DNA of 64,000 nucleotides from Candidatus Nomurabacteria bacterium (lineage in GTDB: Bacteria > Patescibacteriota > Minisyncoccia > Phycocordibacterales > UBA918), in NCBI GenBank assembly GCA_020632015.1, contig JACKGI010000001.1:87574-151573 (forward strand), given 5' to 3'. The position numbers and the translations under genes were made by a program. Shown here piece after piece: positions 59,836 to 64,000 of this stretch. The notes under the pieces are model-generated. The model saw only the letters and a list, made by a program, of their open reading frames with translations. It ran no database searches and was not told where the DNA came from. Every line of letters begins with the position of its first letter. Within the stretch, counting starts at the first letter, position 1.

Positions 59836-61551
59836 TTAATATGCTTCAAAAGTATCATAAATCTGTTCAATTTGAACGTCATCAGATAAATCAAAGTTAA
59901 AGTCACCATTTTCGGTGAAAATAACTATTGCGTATTCTTCACCTGCGTTAGTTTGTCTTTGTAAGAGTATCTCAGAAGGAACTAGTCCTTGGGACTCACT
60001 AAAACGTACAGCTCCCAGTAAATATCTAAGCTCACCATCTACATATTCTCTTACGGCTAGCCACCCCTCACTAATAGGGTAGGTGGCGTTGTCTATCTTT
60101 ATGGTCGTACCTGCGGGCTGGTCTGAGACTATTATTTCACCATCACCAATTTCTATTTCTGATGTAGTCTTATCATTTGTTACAGTTTCCGGTTCAGTAT
60201 CCTTTTCAAAAATTGATTGATGAATATATCCATTGACTAAGGACCCGTAGTCATCTCGTGCTTGCACCTTATACCAAGAACCAGACTGCCCAATAAGCTC
60301 AACACTTGCACCTTCAGCATAGTATCTAATCACTTCGCAGTCGGTAGAAGCACAACTACGCAATGCCCCCGGGACCTCCAAGACAATCGTCTTTGTTGGT
60401 ACAGTATCAGCTCTACCATCGTCTATATTCTCAGACACAAGGTTAGGAGTTTCTACGATGTCATTTTTTTCATAGTATTCCTGCAAATCATCCTCTACAG
60501 CTAAGTCAAAATCAAAGACAAACTCTGCATCAATAATTTCACCAAACAACTCCTGATTTACATCTTCATCATCGTAGTAGACAGCTGTTGGCACGCCCAC
60601 ATAGCAACCATTACTATCTACCGCCAAACCACCAGAATTACCGCTCACAATTTTTGCTGAAGTGACTATGTATCCATCTTGGGAATACAAACTACTCACT
60701 AAACCGTTTGTGATAGTTAGTGAGCCACCGCTTAATGGTGGGTAGCCCAAAATAAGCAATTCACCACCAAGCTGTGTTTCTGTACTTAAACATTCATCAG
60801 TGTGTTCAAAATAAGGGAAAGTGCCATTTGCAACTTTATCATAATATCCATATAAGTTACCTTCTTCATCGAAAATTGGTCTTTCTATAGCCAAATACGC
60901 AAGGTCGTGACCAGTTTCATCAGCTTTGTCAGTGATAATTGTGGTCCAGTATGCTTCACGTATCAGACCAGATTTAGGGTCAGGAAAGCCGACCATACAA
61001 GCATCTTCAGGTAGCCCTTCAACAACGTGGTAGTTAGTAAGTACGTATCCAGCAGAGTCTAAGTTTGTCCCTGAACCATAGTAAATATAGTCATCGTCTT
61101 CACACACAATTTTAACCACAGAAGCATATGTTCTGTTTTCGTCAGTTACAGGTGTCTGTTCAACATCGAGGTACTTTATGTGTGAAAACCACTCGTCTGC
61201 ATTAATGTCGGCATTCATTAGACTAACGTCATCAAAGTATCCAATTGGCTCCATCAGGGGACCAAGTTCATTGAGGGCAGTAACATACTCTTCTTCATCT
61301 GAACTAGAGCCATCTGACGATGTGTCGTATGAGCCATTATTCAACAACATATATCCGACAAAGCTAATCATTCCTATGGCAAAGACAGCCAAAAGATACT
61401 TTGCTACTGGAAATGGAGCGGTAGGAGAAGATGTTGTTTGTATAGGGGCATTCGTAAGAGGAATACTTTCATTTTCAGACACTGTCTCACCACAGTGTAT
61501 GCAAAACTTATCTTCTTCATTTAATTTTTCTCCGCATTTTTCACAGAACAT
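59836..61551 (-). CDS. zinc-ribbon / TM / trypsin-like serine protease / SH3b-like protein (operon gene 5)
   Basis: MFCEKCGEKLNEEDKFCIHCGET. TM helix. LTNYHVVEG (His) and SGNSGGLAVD (Ser). SWYKVQARDDYGSLVNGYIH is SH3-like. Confidence 0.7.
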   Translation of the reverse strand: MFCEKCGEKLNEEDKFCIHCGETVSENESIPLTNAPIQTTSSPTAPFPVAKYLLAVFAIGMISFVGYMLLNNGSYDTSSDGSSSDEEEYVTALNELGPLMEPIGYFDDVSLMNADINADEWFSHIKYLDVEQTPVTDENRTYASVVKIVCEDDDYIYYGSGTNLDSAGYVLTNYHVVEGLPEDACMVGFPDPKSGLIREAYWTTIITDKADETGHDLAYLAIERPIFDEEGNLYGYYDKVANGTFPYFEHTDECLSTETQLGGELLILGYPPLSGGSLTITNGLVSSLYSQDGYIVTSAKIVSGNSGGLAVDSNGCYVGVPTAVYYDDEDVNQELFGEIIDAEFVFDFDLAVEDDLQEYYEKNDIVETPNLVSENIDDGRADTVPTKTIVLEVPGALRSCASTDCEVIRYYAEGASVELIGQSGSWYKVQARDDYGSLVNGYIHQSIFEKDTEPETVTNDKTTSEIEIGDGEIIVSDQPAGTTIKIDNATYPISEGWLAVREYVDGELRYLLGAVRFSESQGLVPSEILLQRQTNAGEEYAIVIFTENGDFNFDLSDDVQIEQIYDTFEAY

Positions 61552-61555
61552 ACAC

Positions 61556-62263
61556 TTAATATTTATTAAACTCTGATGGACTAATTGTGTTGGTTTCTGC
61601 ATTACCGCCAACTCTTTCTCTTAGGGATACTTCCCAAATTGTTGTTTGGGAAGAAGTTGTTTCAAAGTCGAATGTGTCCTCGAAGGTTTCGTAACTTTGG
61701 TTTTTGTTAAAGCTTTTTGTATTAGAGTTCCAGTCTGAACCTTGAGTAAATATGAGTTCATAATTGCCGTCGGAAATGCCAGTAATGGTATACGTACTTT
61801 TTGCTTTAATGTATACAGAATATATAGCAGTGTTACCTCGAATGAGCTTTGCAACAGCGTCGTATTGGGTCCCATTGTCTATCTCTAGGTCACCTTGACC
61901 AGATAGGTAATAGTCACTTTTTTTAAAAACAGTACCATTTGCTAAAGATACATCAAAAGCGCTAGTATCTATAGTGCTTTTAGGGGGAGGGGTGTATGTG
62001 TTGTTGTACGAGTTATTACTTGAAGTAGAACTTCCGCTATCTGAAAATAGCCAGAAAAGAAAAAATATGAATATTATTGCCCATACCCAACGACCCCAAT
62101 TGGATTTGTTTTTTTGTGAGAGTTTTGAGTAATCGTACGAGCTTTGAAGTGGTGTTGAATAAGTATTTTCAGTAGAACCATTTGGTTTATTGTGTGGTGA
62201 GCCGCAGTATTTGCAGAACTTAACTGAATCACTTATCTCTTTTCCGCAATTCTTACAAAACAT
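61556..62263 (-). CDS. zinc-ribbon / single-TM / beta-rich ectodomain protein (operon gene 4)
   Basis: MFCKNCGKEISDSVKFCKYCGSP. TM helix WVWAIIFIFFLFWLF. S/N-rich linker. Confidence 0.6.
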   Translation of the reverse strand: MFCKNCGKEISDSVKFCKYCGSPHNKPNGSTENTYSTPLQSSYDYSKLSQKNKSNWGRWVWAIIFIFFLFWLFSDSGSSTSSNNSYNNTYTPPPKSTIDTSAFDVSLANGTVFKKSDYYLSGQGDLEIDNGTQYDAVAKLIRGNTAIYSVYIKAKSTYTITGISDGNYELIFTQGSDWNSNTKSFNKNQSYETFEDTFDFETTSSQTTIWEVSLRERVGGNAETNTISPSEFNKY

Positions 62264-62265
62264 AA

Positions 62266-62742
62266 TTATTTTTCAGTGCTAGAGCCACAAGAGCCACAAA
62301 ATTTTGCTTTAGTGGTTACTTCCTTACCGCATTCGCTACAGAATCGCTTGCTTGAATCAGGAGTGTCAATTCTCACTGTCTCAGGTTCAACATCATGAAC
62401 TTTAACTGCTTCTGTGGGGGCAGTATTCCCGTCTAGAGACAGAACTCTTCTCTGGTATTCTTCTTTTGTTATCTGGCCTTCCACTAGCTGCTGATTCAAC
62501 TCAGCTAAAGGTTTAATGCTAGATATTTGTTCCGAATTCAATGTGATTCCATATTCACAAATTGGACAAGCTAGATGGTATTTATTTTCGTAAGGGAAAA
62601 TGGGTATAAAAAATAAAGTGAACCATACTCTGATTCTGGTAAGAATCCAATATTCCTCATTGTTGCAGTGAGAACAATGTTGTTTAAAAGCAGGTCCAAA
62701 TACCTTTCTTGTTGTGTGACCCCATCCGAAAAAAATTGGCAT
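62266..62742 (-). CDS. membrane-hairpin Cys4 protein with SHOCT-like helix and C-terminal zinc ribbon (operon gene 3)
   Basis: CSHC...CPIC flanks WFTLFFIPIFP. QITKEEYQRRVLSL is SHOCT-like. RFCSECGKEVTTKAKFCGSCGS. Confidence 0.55.
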   Translation of the reverse strand: MPIFFGWGHTTRKVFGPAFKQHCSHCNNEEYWILTRIRVWFTLFFIPIFPYENKYHLACPICEYGITLNSEQISSIKPLAELNQQLVEGQITKEEYQRRVLSLDGNTAPTEAVKVHDVEPETVRIDTPDSSKRFCSECGKEVTTKAKFCGSCGSSTEK

Positions 62743-62745
62743 ATA

Positions 62746-63204
62746 TTATTCTTTAATTAACCACTTATCCTTGTTGTCACCATAGGCAACGAAATAAATC
62801 ACTCTTTGAATGATGCCAAAATAAATTGGAAATAGTAGGAAATAGGTTGGTATAGAAACGACCCATCCGACAACCATCACAACTCGGTGCCATGCTTTGT
62901 CATACTTTACTTTGGGGTAGATTAGTCTCCATAGCTTATAAAAGCCATTCATTTCTTGTCGGGCAAGATACTCAGTGTGGCTTGGGGCACTGGAGGGTGC
63001 GTCATTTTCGCCATTGGCTGGAGTACCACACTCGGTACAAAACTGACACCCGTCATCAATTTTTTGACCGCAGTTTGTACAAAATTCACTCCTCTCATTA
63101 GTTTCTGTGCTGGTGGTAGAAGTTTCTATATCATGCTTTTCACCGCAGTTGGTGCAGAAATTTTGATTTTTATTTAACTCGTTACCGCAATTAGTGCAAA
63201 ACAT
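62746..63204 (-). CDS. double zinc-ribbon protein with C-terminal membrane segment(s) (operon gene 2)
   Basis: FCTNCGNELNKNQNFCTNCGEK and FCTNCGQKIDDGCQFCTECGTP. The segment VVMVVGWVVSIPTYFLLFPIYFGII is hydrophobic. Confidence 0.55.
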   Translation of the reverse strand: MFCTNCGNELNKNQNFCTNCGEKHDIETSTTSTETNERSEFCTNCGQKIDDGCQFCTECGTPANGENDAPSSAPSHTEYLARQEMNGFYKLWRLIYPKVKYDKAWHRVVMVVGWVVSIPTYFLLFPIYFGIIQRVIYFVAYGDNKDKWLIKE

Positions 63205-63207
63205 ATA

Positions 63208-63945
63208 TTAAAAATTAAGTTCATCTGGTAAAGGGCATCGTTCCAGTGTACATTGTTGCATATACACGTCCCATTCTTGCGATATTAGAAATGTAGCGTT
63301 TTCGTCACGCTTATCTGCTGCAAAGGAATTATAGTCACATTTCGGGTCTGAATCAGCAGGGTCCCAGCGACAGAAACCATAAGTTCTCCAATTAACAGTT
63401 CCAACTGAATTGCGCAAGACCTCACACTCCTTTTCGTTTTGTTGACTAATTTGGCGACAATAAGCCGCATCTTCTTGTTGCACATACTCATTAACCCATA
63501 CTTCTTTTTTCTCTAGCTCATCTGCCCGTTTCCAATACACACAATCCTCAATACCTTTTTGGCTATTATAATTCGGATACTTATTCAAGTAACAAAGCCT
63601 TTGCTCTTCAATAGCTTCTGCAATAGTCTGTGCCTCAGCTTCATTCATGAGAGATAAAATAGAATTACTGCTCTCTAGCATCTCGGCTCGTATAATAGCC
63701 TCTTCATATTGTCCACTAATTACAAGATTTTTAACTGCCTCCAGGTCCTCTTGGTGTTGGCGGTCAACAAAGTAATAACCACCTAAAACTACTAAGCCGA
63801 ACATTAAGAGTGCCATAAACACATATTTAGCGCGACTTATAATAGACGAGTTCTTAGACTTGAATTGCTTTAAGGTTTCGCCACACTTAGAACAGAAGCT
63901 TGCTTCTGCTTTATTTTTCTCTCCACATTTATTGCAAATATTCAT
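63208..63945 (-). CDS. zinc-ribbon / single-TM / Cys-containing ectodomain protein (operon gene 1 within window)
   Basis: MNICNKCGEKNKAEASFCSKCGET. TM helix YVFMALLMFGLVVLGGYYF. There are 8 or more Cys in the ectodomain. Confidence 0.55.
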   Translation of the reverse strand: MNICNKCGEKNKAEASFCSKCGETLKQFKSKNSSIISRAKYVFMALLMFGLVVLGGYYFVDRQHQEDLEAVKNLVISGQYEEAIIRAEMLESSNSILSLMNEAEAQTIAEAIEEQRLCYLNKYPNYNSQKGIEDCVYWKRADELEKKEVWVNEYVQQEDAAYCRQISQQNEKECEVLRNSVGTVNWRTYGFCRWDPADSDPKCDYNSFAADKRDENATFLISQEWDVYMQQCTLERCPLPDELNF

Positions 63946-64000
63946 AAATTAATTTGTGAAAGTTCCAGCTACGCGTTTTGATTTCTTCATATAAGCAATC

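Overview
AT-rich, gene-dense bacterial chromosome segment. Gene content and style suggest a Patescibacteria/CPR (Parcubacteria-like) organism: a minimal VirB4/PrgI-type T4SS-like cluster, type IV pilus genes, giant repeat-rich surface proteins, many small membrane-anchored hypotheticals, and almost no Shine-Dalgarno sites. This is inference; no search was run. The standard code applies, since TGA acts as a stop (pilN/pilO ATGA overlap at 43368-43371). The window spans the chromosomal origin region: rpmH-rnpA-yidC lies divergent from dnaA-dnaN, with DnaA-box-like sites on both sides of dnaA. Core genes present are PBP1A, tyrS, ruvB-yebC-ruvC, ruvA, ruvX, pilB, tsaE, polA, a SpoU methyltransferase, a Mur ligase, lnt, rpsT, pilMNO, acyP, uppS, a polyprenyl synthase, an RluA-family synthase, rplS, a Nudix hydrolase and a two-component pair. 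There are six tRNAs: Lys-UUU, Ser-UGA, Arg-GCG, Arg-UCU, Val-UAC and Leu-GAG. Five regions are unusual. (1) A T4SS-like cluster at 1-9910 is interrupted by a GC-richer antisense gene with a Shine-Dalgarno (SD) site. (2) A surface-protein cluster at 30.3-38.2 kb has two paralogous giants ending in IPDYEE[QR] and a perfect 291-bp tandem duplication. (3) A family of GC-rich ~190-bp modules sits directly 3' of three tRNAs. Two are bounded by 19-nt direct repeats of the tRNA 3' end (C56 to N74), and tRNA-Val also has an array of small SD-led cargo cassettes (GNATs). (4) At 56.4-57.9 kb there is a duplicated divergent-promoter/mini-ORF segment. One copy is split by a ~200-nt structured element, next to a P-loop NTPase and a PD-(D/E)xK nuclease. 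(5) A 7-gene operon at 57966-63945 has six products with CxxC...CxxC zinc ribbons fused to membrane spans, including a tethered trypsin-like protease. A Cys-repeat secreted protein is the seventh product. All calls come from reading the sequence and the ORF track by eye; no homology search, folding or statistics were run, and small-feature coordinates are hand-derived.
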